From positions 54,498,001-54,562,000 of the forward strand of contig NW_027266264.1 in assembly GCF_022045235.1 (NCBI RefSeq): DNA of 64,000 bases. The letters run 5' to 3'. Shown in pieces: positions 40,330-53,707 of this stretch. The translations under genes and the position numbers were made by a program. This DNA is from Haliotis cracherodii. Lineage: Eukaryota. Under the pieces are notes generated by a model. That model ran no database searches and was not told the DNA's origin. It saw only the letters and a list, made by a program, of their open reading frames with translations. The number at the start of each line of letters is the position of its first letter. The stretch's first letter is position 1.

Positions 40330-40740
40330 GTCATCAACAACTACAAAACACAAGATGGAAGTTGTTACAAGTTCTCCAACAGCTCTGGCCTTTGGTGTCT
40401 ACATTTCACGACCTTTGAGACACATTCGAGCATGCTCTTTTTACGAAGATTCCAAAGAGCGTCATGTATACGAGTCTTGCTCAAAAGTTGTTTGATCATG
40501 GTTACGACATTCAAGGCGTTAATAAATCGTTGAAAACGTTTTATCCTGGACATGTGGAAAACATTTTCAAATTTGATGCATCAGTGACCAAAATAATGTC
40601 CGTTTCAGTTCCCTATTTTGACTTGTACCATATGTTCCCGTGCTGTTGCAGGTGAAAATGGACTTGCCCTTGCATGTGTTTGTGACACGTGACACCTGTG
40701 GGGTGGGGACGGGCTCATCTTTTCGCGAACACCTTGTATC
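40330..40740 (+). mobile_element. Decayed Penelope-like retroelement 3' end
   Basis: AFGVYISRPLRHIRACSFYED..ERH / LAQKLFDHGY....NKSLKTFY.GH...FKFDASVTKIM; 3' DNA TTGCATGTGTTTGTGAC is shared with about 21281-21297. Confidence 0.78.
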
Positions 40741-41212
40741 ATCAATATTTGACAGTAATTCTTAAACAAATGTTTATGATGTCGTCGGAATCGTAAATGG
40801 ACTCTACTTGTAGCGGATATGTCTTATGATTATGGAAGGGGTTGCGTCGCTTTTAATTTACAGTTCCACGTCAGAACAGTTTTTCTGATCAGAAGTAGTG
40901 TCTGGACGATGGTCTAAAGCTATTTTCCTTCCGCAAACATTATAGTGCAAATATTTACAGGCGAACGTATAATTGGTTTGTATGTCTAGTACTACAGACA
41001 ACATTAGTCATCAAGCGAGCAAGCAAAACATATCGATTCCTTTACGCCATGGCACCACTTGAAGGAATATACCGATATATTTGGTCACGGTATGATACGA
41101 ATGAAAGGACTGTGATATATGCGATATAAAAAGTATTTTAATATAACAAATGGAAACTGTTGGCAAGGAATGGTTCATATTTTGGTCATGCATCGGATCC
41201 ATCTCTTGTATG

Positions 41213-41376
41213 GTGAGTGAGTGAGTAAGGGTTTTGAGATGATATTGTATTGTGAACAACGATCCAAATCATGGGGTACGATGACAAAACAAAGTCACCT
41301 TGCCTGACGACCTGATCCATGTGGACGCCTCTTACAACCAGCATGAGTTGCTGGGGACTAACCCGGAATCCCAAGG
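41213..41376 (-). mobile_element. SINE-like family B-related degenerate copy with (CACT)n tail
   Basis: GCCTGAC..CCTGATCC...CGCCTCTTAC.AC.AGCATG.GTTGCTG...CCCGGA matches the family B 5' half; a short head fragment also lies near 41546-41588. Confidence 0.55.
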
Positions 41377-41759
41377 ACGAATAAACATGTATCTTTGATC
41401 ACAACGTTTCCTATTCATAATATTGAAATACAGAAACGGAAATCAATTATCTCAATGCTTTGCTACTGTTCCACGGCTATCACGTTTTGACTACCCGTCC
41501 AGTTCCTTCCTCTGCTTCCCTGCATCATATAATATGACCGAGAACCGTTGCCGAAGACCTATTCTACCCCGGAATCTTTACGGGTCCCGAGTACTCGTGA
41601 CCACGAGGAACATGTTCCTGTTTTTATGCCATCTGGCGAGGAATTATTGGTAGCATTTGTGTCATTTGTTTCCAAGTGAGATCAAATTTGGTATTACGAA
41701 AAGATACATAGAAGTTCAATATATATAAAAAAAGAAACGGTGGTGCTCGAATTTTACCC

Positions 41760-42380
41760 TGGTAAATATAGTTCATCGATATCTTGATTGACAATTCACA
41801 CGCTATCCCAATTTAACGAAATTTGATCGATCGGATCCTCCATAGAGACACATTATTAATTAATTCATAGTTAAAGAAAACTTCCTGTGCAATTATGTCA
41901 TGGTATTTTGTGTGATCTTGGTAATCATGATCAATAAGTGGTTGTCCACTATCAACGTGTTTCATCACGCAAACAACTTTGTTATTGATGACAATTAGAT
42001 AGCACCTGGCCCACATGAAAGGAACAGCTTTAGTTCGGACAGATTGTTTCACATTGGCGTGTATATCTGGCATCATTCATATCCCCTGTTCAATAGTTTC
42101 ATCCAGGACTTTGGCCAGACGTTTCATAAACCCTGAGTCCGCTACGTCATTCGGCGAGGCTTGGTATGATGTGCAGAGAGAAATAAGCCAAGACCTTGAC
42201 CGATTGCAAATTGTCTGGTGAGATACGGTGCTGTGGCCTATCAGCACAGTTGTCGTCTACCTCTATACATGATGAAACTTTGGCATCGACGTATTAACGT
42301 CATTTATAAGTCCAGATTTACCCACTGAGTATGATGATGTTCTACGTTCTTGTCCCAGATCGAGACAGTGTTACCACACA
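41760..42380 (-). mobile_element. Decayed Tc1/mariner transposase remnant
   Basis: Ordered broken motifs SRSG, HSTVSHQTICNRSR (cf. ISAQTVRNRLR), DE, FMWA, YQDHTKYH (cf. FQQDNARPH), WRIRS (cf. WPARSPDL). Confidence 0.5.
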
Positions 42381-42400
42381 AGTAGCACATAAGCAACATA

Positions 42401-42557
42401 GTGAGTGAGTATGGTTTTACGCCGCTTTTAGCAATATTCCAGGTATATCACAGCGGGGGACACCAGAAATGGGCTTCACACATTGTACCCATGTCGGAAA
42501 TCGAAACCGGGTCTTCGACGTGACGAGCGAACGCTTTAACCTCAAGGCTACCGCCCC
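42401..42557 (-). mobile_element. SINE family A copy
   Basis: Reverse complement closely matches 20453-20622, including the (CACT)n tail. Confidence 0.9.
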
Positions 42558-43756
42558 TCATATCCAACATAAGAAACTTTATTTTTTAGGACGTTTGAGA
42601 ATAACATGAAGTGGGTAGCTTGAGGGAACAGATTTAGGAAGCAGGCATAAACATCATTTGTAAAACCATAAATCCTGAATATTACATGTATCAATCAACT
42701 GGACCCCCATCTTGAAATATTTAATATTAAATGAGCTGTTTATACATTCAGGTATCGCCTTATGATTCTCATATTCCAGTACGCCCACAACATATAAATT
42801 AATATAATTCATTTACGCTTGAGTCATATTTTCATGATCTGGAAAGCCGAACGACAAGTCATTACTATGTTTCTCTTTTCTGTATATGACAATACTGGTA
42901 TCCACTAAAGAAGATCCTGTTAATATCACATGGGTAAGCGCTGGAGAAATGTGTAATTTTGTAAATATCAGGATCGATATTTTGATGTGAGTACTTGGAG
43001 AAATTGCAATCATTCCACTTAATGTTTTGAATTAAAATACGTCAGTTTCCACATACATGCATGTACTTTTAAAACGCGCGAGTACTTTTTATCCAAGATA
43101 GTTTATGTGGCTACATTCCCTGTAATATGATTACCATATTCCAGTCTGAGACCATAGTAAAGACGACTGGGTCAAAATGGCAACAAATATAATGCCAATC
43201 TGAAGCGTCTAGTTAATCGTAATGCGAGTCCTATTGGTGCTACGGGACATTGATGCAATACACTTTGATGCACAGACTACGATTAATATCCAAAATACGG
43301 TGTACTCAATAAAACATACCCATACGGCTATCCAAGATCCTCGTAATGCGAAATCAATGCTTGCAACTTCTGTTTCATGTGTTTTTACAACCGGTGACAA
43401 TGCCTTGTTCAGAGCCACGTAACTATTTTACTATGCCAATTCTGAATGCAGAGCCATGCAACTATATCTATAGTTGTTCCATAAGCAGACGTGCATAAAA
43501 CACAACAACAGTAATGACAACAGCTGAAGCAAATCCATTGTTGATAATATCCATTTGGTTCTTCAACAGAAGGTCAATGAAGCCATGTCATGCAATGCGA
43601 TCATCTTGTTATATAATCCTGTAACGTTCTCTATTAGTTTATGCAACGAGGCAGAAGATTCATGATATGGACAACACGTGTAATAGGAAAGCAGGATGTG
43701 TGGTTACACGGTCACTTCGACAGCATACAGATATGCTGCAAAATTGTGACAATGTC

Positions 43757-44133
43757 CTGCTCCGCTTTTACTATCGGACATCCACCGATCGCTTATACAT
43801 GTCATTTATATACTGCTCCTTGTTTACTATCGGACACCCACTAGTCGCTAATGCATGTAATCTAGCTAGGTACAGTCCCACCTTTACTATCCAAGGGTCG
43901 CTAATATAACGTACTGCTCCGCTTTTAATATCGGACATCCACTGGTCACTAATACAACGTACGGCTACGCTTTTGATATCGGACATCCAATGGTCGCTAA
44001 TATATGTGTTCTACGTACTGGTCGGTTTTTATAATTCCACATCCACTGGTAGCTAATACATGTATTCCACGTACAACTCAGCTTTCATAATTCCACATCC
44101 ATTGGTCGCTAAAACATGTAATCTATGTACTGC
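43757..44133. repeat. Tandem minisatellite, 7 units of about 41-60 bp
   Basis: Approximate unit CTGCTCCGCTTTTACTATCGGACATCCACTGGTCGCTAATACATGTAATCTATGTA. Confidence 0.9.
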
Positions 44134-44196
44134 GCCAAAACGGAGCAGTAATTTGCTACGATTTCGCAGCTACATAAGGACATGCGACATAGCACA

Positions 44197-44355
44197 AGTT
44201 TTCTTGTTTAAAGCCGCACTCTACAATATTCCAGCCGTATGACGGCGGTATGATGGAAGTCTGGATGAGACGGTCCAGTGATTGATATCATGAGCAAGCT
44301 ATCAACAAAGTCTCCGAGCCCGACCACCAGATTCATTTAGCCGCTTCTTGCGACC
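44197..44355 (-). mobile_element. SINE-like family B copy (partial)
   Basis: CCGCACTC..CAATATTCCAGC..TATGACGGCGGT...CCAGTGATTGATATCATGAGCA. Confidence 0.75.
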
Positions 44356-44589
44356 AAAACTCCATGATATGAAGGATACCTGTACAGGTGAGGCTGGACT
44401 AGCATCTAGTTTCTGAACATATTTTACAGAATAAAACCAAGTTTATCGCAATTACAAGAATAAAAAGCAGCACATACACTCTCTTCACTTTCAGAACTGC
44501 TGTAATCCAGACATGCTCCTTTTATAGACTTGCGTGGGCTGTATTGAATATATTTGTTTCAGGGTCTGTATGACAGACTGTTGTGATCC

Positions 44590-45600
44590 ATGATACATGT
44601 AAATGGTTGGACGTGTTCACATGTGCAATTTGAGTGTTTACACCATAAGGAAAGCAACAAGAGGCTTGTGATAGGAGCGCGCCTATATCAAGCATGCAAA
44701 CGTGTGTGAATGTGATTCCATGGCCACTGCGAATATTTACAATATAAAGATATACAAGAAGACAGAATGCTCATGAGATGAACCGTACATGTCCCTGCAC
44801 AAGGAAAGTATGATACGTTGGTACACGCTCTCTTCGGCAGTTTACTGCATCGGCCCAGACAACAAGGCAGAAGGTTCATGATATCAACTGCGAGGCATAA
44901 GACAACTCATGGGGACAGGCATAAGACATGAACATGTTTGTCTTCACATGGTCACTAGGAATGTTTACATCATAAGGATAAGCAACAAGACAGGAGGCTC
45001 ATGATATAAACTGTCCCTGCACCAGTGGGGGTATATATTGGTACACTCTCTCTTAGGCAGTTTACTTCATCGGCTCAGACGACAAGGCAGAATGTTCATG
45101 ATATCAACTGCACCTGTACTAGCGAGGCATAAGACATGAACATGTTTGTCTTCACAACAAGACAGGAGGATCATGATATAAACTGTCCCTGCACCAGTGG
45201 GGGTATATATTGGTACACTCTCTCTTCGGCATTTTACTTCATCGGCTCAGACGACAAGGCAGAGGGTTCATGATATCAACAACACCTGTACCATCGAGAC
45301 ATAAGACATGTACATGTACATGAATGTGTCAATATAGTCACTACGAATGTTCACACCATCAGGACACAACGAGACCAGACGCTCATAGTATGATCTGTCC
45401 CTGTACTGTCGAGGCAAAATACATCGGTTCACGCTCTCTTCGATAGGCAACTCAATCGGGCAAAGGGTTCATGATGTGAACTACCGATGTATTTGGAAAG
45501 CATGCTACAATTGTATGTATGTCTTTGCATGGGCACCAAGAATGTTTACACCAAAACGATATACAAGGAAGAATGCTATGTGTCTACGTGATCATATCGA
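44590..45600. repeat. Tandem satellite-like array, about 4-5 units of about 175-220 bp
   Basis: TCATGATATAAACTGTCCCTGCACCAGTGGGGGTATATATTGGTACACTCTCTCTT and TTTACTTCATCGGCTCAGACGACAAGGCAGA are repeated nearly exactly (from about 44999 and 45171), with diverged outer units. Confidence 0.88.
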
Positions 45601-48600
45601 CTGTTAACACCTTCCAGAATATAACGAACAATTCCGCTCAAATTCCATAGTCTTGAAGACAAACCTGCCATCATAAGACAGTCATTCCAACGTCTATCGT
45701 AAGTGTTTTACAATAGACAAGCAGAGGATGAGTTCACTTGCAGCATGGAGGAAGCAATTCGTTGTAATATTGCCACTTTCATATTAACCTAGATCAATCT
45801 CAGAATAGTGTTAGACACACCATCATTCAACCTTAAGACGTAGGTACAGAAGTTCAACTTTAATATAATTATATGTGCACTACTGCTCTTTCACGCGGGG
45901 CATCAAAGATGTTTGAAGTAGAAGTAGTTGTATCTGTTAAGACGTTAATCCGACTCAGTCGGTAATGGTGGACGCAGACATACCCCTGTAGGCACTGTAA
46001 CCTAATTTCCTCAATCTCTTTTAGCTTTTCCCTTCCAAGGTAACTAGCTTGAACTTATTCATTGCACCATGCCTCTTTCTGTTCTTCTTACAAACATTGA
46101 TCTGTCATTACATCCCAGCTTGGCTTAACCTTGGTGTTCATTGGATCCTATCTGTGCTTGCTTGTCGTCGTTGCCAAATACTTGACAAATATCTGAACAC
46201 GCGTAATTGTATATAACCAACTGACTATTGTTATAAAAATACGTCTTGTACGTGGAACGATGGGACGATTACAATGTTAGGAGATGGTCCTTATGATGTA
46301 AAACCGACTTATTTCTTACAAAATATTATGCACTTATTAATTGGGTCATTTATATAAGATATCACCCCTGTGTAAAATGTGTAAATGAACATTTAGGTTT
46401 ATAGTAATATTTAACGTTCCTGACTACGTAAAAGGGTAATGCTAAATCGTCAAATTCCTAATTAAAGTATTCCAAGACGAGTATTTCGTTACAATAGAGG
46501 AGGATGTTTCCGATTAATATAATCCACAAAGAGAATTCTTAATCCTATACTCTGTTGAAAGCAGACTCCTTCAATTCAATCTTAAACCACGTGGACTGTC
46601 AAATTGATTTTTATTATATCTGGTGTTTTAAGCAATGTGTATATAAAATATATATAAAACGCCGCAATGTCCACATGCAGAACCCATTGCTTTCTGAAGC
46701 ATTGCAGAGAGTATTAAACTCAAACTAGAAAAGGCGTCATGTGGGATGCAATTTCCTTTATGTAAATTTCAGTCAAGAACACATATATGTAAAACAGTTG
46801 AGGCACATGTGTGACTGTTTACAAGGGGTCCTGACGATGTACGTCGAACAGATGTGGCATAATTGACAACTTGTCTCAACCCAGTGTGTTTCACGAGGGA
46901 CTGATTTATGTATTATTGATTTGTACAATTTTTCATTACAATTTCTTTCAACGATTTTTTTTATCATCGAAGCAGTAAAAATGTTCATGTGATGTTTGTA
47001 ATGGGTATGGCGTCGTGTAAGCTGTTGAAAATGTATGAGGATTGCACGAGATTAAAAAGTAACGCGAAATGGGTTTTATGATAGCAAAAACATACTCTCT
47101 TCACTTCCAGACTCAAAAAGAGAACTTTGATTTGCTGAGAATTTCATAAAAACTCTGAGTAGATTAGACCTAACTTGTTTTATGTCATGTGCAATCCTGC
47201 ATTCAGTGAAAGGCAGCGACTCTAACAGACCCCTTTTTAGTCATTTAGGCCTTAAATGGTTTAGTGATTAATATATATTTGATGTTTCCTTTTATTGCTA
47301 ATTTGACATCCCGTGCAAACCATTTGTATGAGTATTGATTTGTGCTATCATTTTGAAATTGTTTTCAATATCTTTCCACTGTCCTTGTAATTGGGATTAT
47401 AATTCTCACGTCTTTATTAGCATGACAATATTTTATATAAAGAATGATTGATACAAATAATCACGCATAAAAACGATCTACAAAACACAATCACACTGAT
47501 GATTTGAATTAATACTTCATTTCAAGAAAATCGTATTATTCATTCCAAACAGAGTGATATCCTCAATAATAAAATTACGATTCTGTTTAAAATTCTAGGC
47601 AACCCTTTTCACCAAGTTACATGCAGTTCGATCGGAGTTAAGCTAAAGCGTGTGATTCACCAACACCGATTCTAAAAATTGTCGCTGTTCTTTTTCTCCT
47701 GATCAAAAAGACCTAAAATCTGCATTGATTTTCCTGCAAGACAAATTAACAAATTGGAAGGTGAGGAAAGTTTATTGGATCTCAGTAATTTTTCTAATGG
47801 AGATAGCAAACTAAATTGCAAAACATTCCTAATGGTTCCACTCCCCTTTAAAGGTAATGATGCTGTCGAAAATTTGGAAAATAGCGGCTTTATCAGCAGC
47901 CCTGCTTTTGCTATCGTCGTCTAAAGAGAAATCATTTTCACTAGAATTCTACTGGTGTCTGGCAGTATATTTTCATTTCTAGTTCCGGCCATTAAGGTGG
48001 TGAGATGTTATCAGTTTTCTACATAACATACGCATTTGCATGACGTGTTCAGGCAATAGGTAAACACAATAATTATGGATATTATGTCATATTCACGTGT
48101 GGAAAATCAATTATATTACCGTCAGGTCATGCACACAGCGGTTGTTTTATTCACCAGTTGATGAAACTATATTTAATCTGACTGTCACTCCTACAACATG
48201 AAGTGTTAAGGCACCGTCATTGATAGATGAATAAAGAAATAAAATTCAGTTAATAGGAAATTAAGTTCATACAAATGTCAAACACATTATCTCTGAGTAA
48301 ACCTCTATTTTCACGAATATGTTCCTGCAATACAGCAATACGCATGCGAAGACAAAAAGGCAAAATACGCGTAGGTAGGATCATTGCAAGGTCGCAAGTC
48401 TAGTCTGTGTATCACTAAATTTAGTTTGTTGTATTCTAAATATATCTAACTGTCACGTGGTTTTAGGCAGGAGCAATCTGTAATTTTTACAAAGATCGTA
48501 ACATTTGCTTGTCTAATTTATACGCAAGAAACAAATATGTCTCTTGAACATTTCAGTGAACCAAATGTCGAGAAGATGTATGTAACAATATAGCTCAACT

Positions 48601-48989
48601 GAACACCATCTCCTAAACGTGTCTACCATTTGGATTAACTACCGAAGGATCTATCAACCAATACACTTGTGTTCCAATCGACCAACTAAAACCTCTCCTT
48701 GAACTCCCAGTTCCGTTGCCTTCGACCTTGGACCTGTCTGAGTATTATGTTAGCCCCTTTTGGCAGATAGAAGTGGCGTTTGTTTGGAGGTAAACTAATA
48801 GAATCTGACAAGATAGTGTATTTGTCTCCCCCTGACAAGCTATCGACTGCAGTTATTCACTTTCAAGTCAATATCACGTCAACGTGCCAAGGTAGACGAC
48901 GCAATAACATCTACAGTTACCAAATATACCTTATTCCCAAGGGAAGGAACGTTTGGTACAGGGCGCATTGTCTGGTAGAGAGTTGTATA

Positions 48990-49180
48990 ATAAAGCCTTA
49001 TTTGCCTGAAGGTGAAGATCTTGGAGCTAGAACTACCGGATTAATAACCAACGACAAGTTGCGTGTTACGATCAATAGTTCTGAAGTTAGTGAGGTACGT
49101 CTGGATGTGATACCGCATGTATGAGATAATCTACACAATAGAGTTATATTTCTTAACAGGTTACTTCATTAACCTGAATA
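48990..49180 (+). mobile_element. Possible LINE (CR1/L2-type) RT remnant
   Basis: TNDKLRVTINSS...VIPH (cf. TNR.QRV..NG..S...GVPQG); weak. Confidence 0.25.
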
Positions 49181-52100
49181 TGTGTTTCGTATTCAGCTCC
49201 ATAGATATTACCTCAAAACCGATTCCAAATGTGACCAAAGGCATTTGGTTTATAAGGGGATGTGTAATCAAGCGGTTATGTACGGTACCTTATTTACGAC
49301 TCTGAATAGCATCTGTTGAAAAAAAAGTTTACTGGTCAAATATCACTGTTGTAACGTAAAACACTGGTGAATTCCAACAATCCTGATGTGCAGTACCCGA
49401 AACTTTAGAAAGCTAATCGAAGCACTTATATCGAGCTAGAAAGGCGTGAAGAGCATTAACCCTGTTGACAATATAGCAGACATCTAAGGAAATCCGACAC
49501 GTGAAAGGCATGAGCTTATTCATCCTCGTTGACTATCATTACATATTAAACTGTTGAGTTCATTTTCAAAGGACTAAAGTGTTAAATGTTTCAAGTGAAA
49601 GTCATTCCAGTTGTTAGCATAAAATATCAAGACGATCAAAATGCAATAAATTATGCATTACCTGTATCCGATCATTATGTGTTTAAACAGCTAGCATTGA
49701 CTTTCCTCAGTTACTGCTGAGTGGAGGACACTCGACGTAATACAAATATTGCAAAAGGCTTCAATACAGGACATCTTTAGTTGTTGTCTACCTTTCTAGC
49801 TCTTAGCTCCCGTCCCCTCAATCTACTAACCAACACCGATAGCCATCTCCAAATCAATATTCAATCTTCGTTCTAGTACTCCTGATTGGCACGTGACAAT
49901 ATAAAACGACGCTCAACAACCAGGATCCCCGCGGTGTGTTGACAAAGATAGGAGTAAAATATTTTCATTCATTTTTTCAAGAACGAGTTTGTACACTACG
50001 ATTTCGTAAGTACATATTAAGAACATCCCGCTTTGAATTATGTCTGCTGTTTTTTCGTTTTTTTCTTGCTTGGCTAAACGTATCGTTTAAGAAAACGCAA
50101 CTACTGGAAATGTGTTTTTCACAAGAAACCCTTTGGTTTATTGACGTTATGGTTAATATTCCGAACTTAGTAAGAAGAAACACCCCGCTGTAAAATTCAT
50201 TACAAGAAAAGAACTCAGTCTGTCAATTCCTTTGGAAAATCTAGCAAATTTTGAAGACAAGAGCGTTCGGTCAAAATCTTCTATGCCTTTGTAAAATAAT
50301 TCGATATCGAAGAGTTCTAAGAATACGCTACACAGGAGGTATTGTGCCACTGCGGCATGTCTCAAATTGACAGTCGCCTTCTTTCATCTAACTCTCTATA
50401 GATCGTAATATGTGACCTTTTTGCAACATGTCACTTTTAAATCGTAAGACTTTTGTTCATTTAGAATGCTCTTAAAACATTTCACATCACAGTTCCGATG
50501 ACTGTTTCTAGATGTAACGTAATATTCAATTTGTACACGAAGTCTCGTGTAATGATACATGTAAAAACATGCTTTGGTTATTATTCTCTACCAAAGCATA
50601 TTAATATTCTTTTAACGCTTCGAGCAACCTTGTCAATCAAGATACAATTCCTTCTAGTTCCAATTAAATCTGCGGCTCTGCACTGAGAGACTGGAACAGT
50701 TGTGGAAGAATTTCGTAGTTGTAATTGAAATTTTAATGAAACCATTTACAATCTATGTGTTGCTGTATCATGCCATGGCGATCCCAGCTGTTGCAGTCTC
50801 TCTGTATACTCCCTAATGACCCCGGCCCCGCCTCTGCCCCCTTGACCGATGGATATTGGCCTAAGGCATCCCTCGCTGGATGCGTGCTCATTCCAGGTGT
50901 CGAGTATGTATCAGTGTTTGTAAATGATCTGATCCATGAAACTCAATTACCACGGTTTTGTGCAATGTGTAAACACATTTATATCCGGAGAGAAGAGTGG
51001 AAAGTCATGCTGACGTGAACGTCTGTCATGGTTTGTGTCAGTCGAAGCATTTCGATGATGTCTAAAGCATGGTACTATATGCTATTATATGTCTAACTGA
51101 TGGTCACACGAACACATGAGTGGTTTGCAGCTGTATCACCAAGAAACCACGGGGTTTCTCCACGTTGTCATTCAATATACGGATGTGTGTAATAAGAAAT
51201 GGCGGGGTTGACCTTTAGAGCTGAAACTCAAATAATTGACTAAACCACATAATATCACTGTACGTTTCTATTACTTTTTGATCACAGTGTTGGGATCTCG
51301 TTATCATACTCCCTCTCGAAACTTAATAATAAAAACCGATGTAATCTGGGATCTTTCCCACAAAAAAGTGCTGACGGTGACAAGTTCTTTCAAACATAGA
51401 TCATGTCAGAGCGGCCCTAGCCTTGGGGGTCGATACAGCAAAGTCAAGAAACGACTGCCATCGAAATGCATTGGAACAGGACCTGATCTGATTTATTGTT
51501 TGGAAGTACATAACATGTTTATACATCCGATTTATTTGGCATGAGCTCATATGAGAACCGCTCAATACAAATGTATACATCATTACTGTAGGGTATATAT
51601 CACATCGACTCGGAGCCATGCAACATGTTGATTAATGACTCGGATTTACAACCAATACTGCATGTGGCAGAACCTGCAACCAAATGCAACAATAAAGATG
51701 GAGACTCTAGTGTCCTTAACCTTATCCCTTGCCCATTGAATAACATCGAATGCTTCCTCATTCAACCATCGTTCATGTTGGGCTATAAATATATATATGT
51801 ACGTACTTACACAGATATCAACGTTTTAGGTTCCATAATTTTGGTTTTGTTTCGGTGCAGACTCTTTGATCTGACTGTATAAGATGTCTTCATTGTAGGC
51901 AAACGTTGTCTGCGGCATTAATGTTTTGCAATCACGATTTTTATGTTCTATGTATCGAATACAAGTTACAATTTGAAAGACGACTTCGTGGAACCAGCAT
52001 CGCGCCAAGGGTGAATCTTTACACACCCTTTCGTCCACATCGTAAACCGAAACGCTCAACGGTTCCCGATCCTTTATGCGTCAGTACTAAACCAGCAATC

Positions 52101-53707
52101 ACTTGCAAGCTATTCAGAAGGTCGTACTGAACTTAACAAAAAAACATATCTGCCCCCTTGTGCTTTGATTTTCTCCATAACATGCTTTTTTCGTTTGTTT
52201 AGATTACACAAACATAATAACTATTCACACTTAATCTGAAGCATTAGTGTAGATTGTGCCAGAGCAGTCTTTGAAGTTAGAGGGCATGCCAGCACACTGA
52301 AGACTGTATAGAAAACTCTCTCACTATCAAGATGGTAATGTCCCTTGTTAAAGACGCAACTTCAATCTGTGTAAAGAATAAATTGGGGTCTACAGCAACA
52401 TTATATCCGTGTGAAATACTGTGTAACCACGAAAAGGAATAAGTGCTCTAATGCATGATATGAATGATCAGGCAGTAGTCATGCGTAGTAGTAAAGCATC
52501 CGTTATTACGCCCTATTTTGATATTCTTGAGCGAAATTATCGTACGTTATTTAGGTCAAAAGATTTTATGTACCGCAATCCACATTTACTGATACAGTTA
52601 TGGGGTTGTAGGTAATGGCGGTCGATAAAATATGTTTTGTGTATTTCTGTGCGTTACGATTGCGCATCCGTTTTAATTTCTGTTTTGATATTTTTCCCAT
52701 ACGTGTAATATATCGGTTATGGCTTCCATGCAGTTTTCTAGGACACGCACATAAGGTACAAGTTAGATGCCTCTGGGCAAGGAATATCACTCCTTGTGTT
52801 GTCCTGAGTGACCACGTTTCATTACAGTTGTTTGTAAGTCTTGTACATGTATGTTCATCTGAGTTATATCTCAAACTCTGTTATACACGTTGATCTTTTT
52901 AAAACGTACTATAGCGCCCGGCGATACTCAGATATATTATCAAAGTTTGTACAGTCAAAAACAAAATTATTCTAAAAACTTAATTGGTTTCCTCTTACGT
53001 GTTACGTAACGAACAATGATGGCCGGTCTGCCAACAATGATTCCGAATCTGCTCATATGAAACGCAGGAAGTAATTCCTCAAAAAGACTTTTAACATTTT
53101 ACGGGAATGATATCAGTATAATTGACCTGTCAAAAATCCGACATTTTGCACAGCCTATCACAAAAGCACCTGTCATTATAAAAAAGTAACATGTTTTTAG
53201 TTCCCTCGAGATGTAACTATAGCTATTAAGCAGTCAGCATCTCCCTGCTCCGACAACAGGTCTTATAATTGCGTTGTTTAGTGAAGGGTTATAATAGGTG
53301 GACAAGTCAGGAATCTGTACAAAGCCTTTTTTATTTGATAATGCAATAGCTGCACGAATCATAATTTTGTCCTTCGTTTGAAGTTTCAAATTGTGTTATT
53401 GAAATTTTGAAGTGAATTCTATATAATCTAAATCCTGGTCTACTGTTATCGCCTATGTCGTACTGTAAATTGCTACCTTTGTCAGTTAATATTTTTTTCA
53501 ATTTCAATGACTAGTTGTCACTGTTAGGCTGACTAATGTTATTTTATACATTTCATAAAAAAACATACACAATTGCTCTTACATGTATACAGACAAAACA
53601 TAATATTTCTCATATTTTGAAAAAACAAACCATTAATACATTTGTGAAAGCGCACACATACATGTAGATTGCAGTGTTGCTATTTCCAACAAAAAGAAAC
53701 CTCTTAC

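Noticed and set aside
43757-45600. CRISPR-like regularly spaced repeats
   Set aside because: Units are contiguous homologous tandem repeats without unique spacers; eukaryotic context and no cas genes.
52566-52874. ORF ending ILSTAITYNPITVSVNVD, vaguely like the N-terminal exon
   Set aside because: Lacks RPV, F.TL.QI.D and a phase-0 donor.
53240-53305. YNP...RPV on the minus strand near exon a
   Set aside because: Wrong spacing, stop six codons later, no splice sites.
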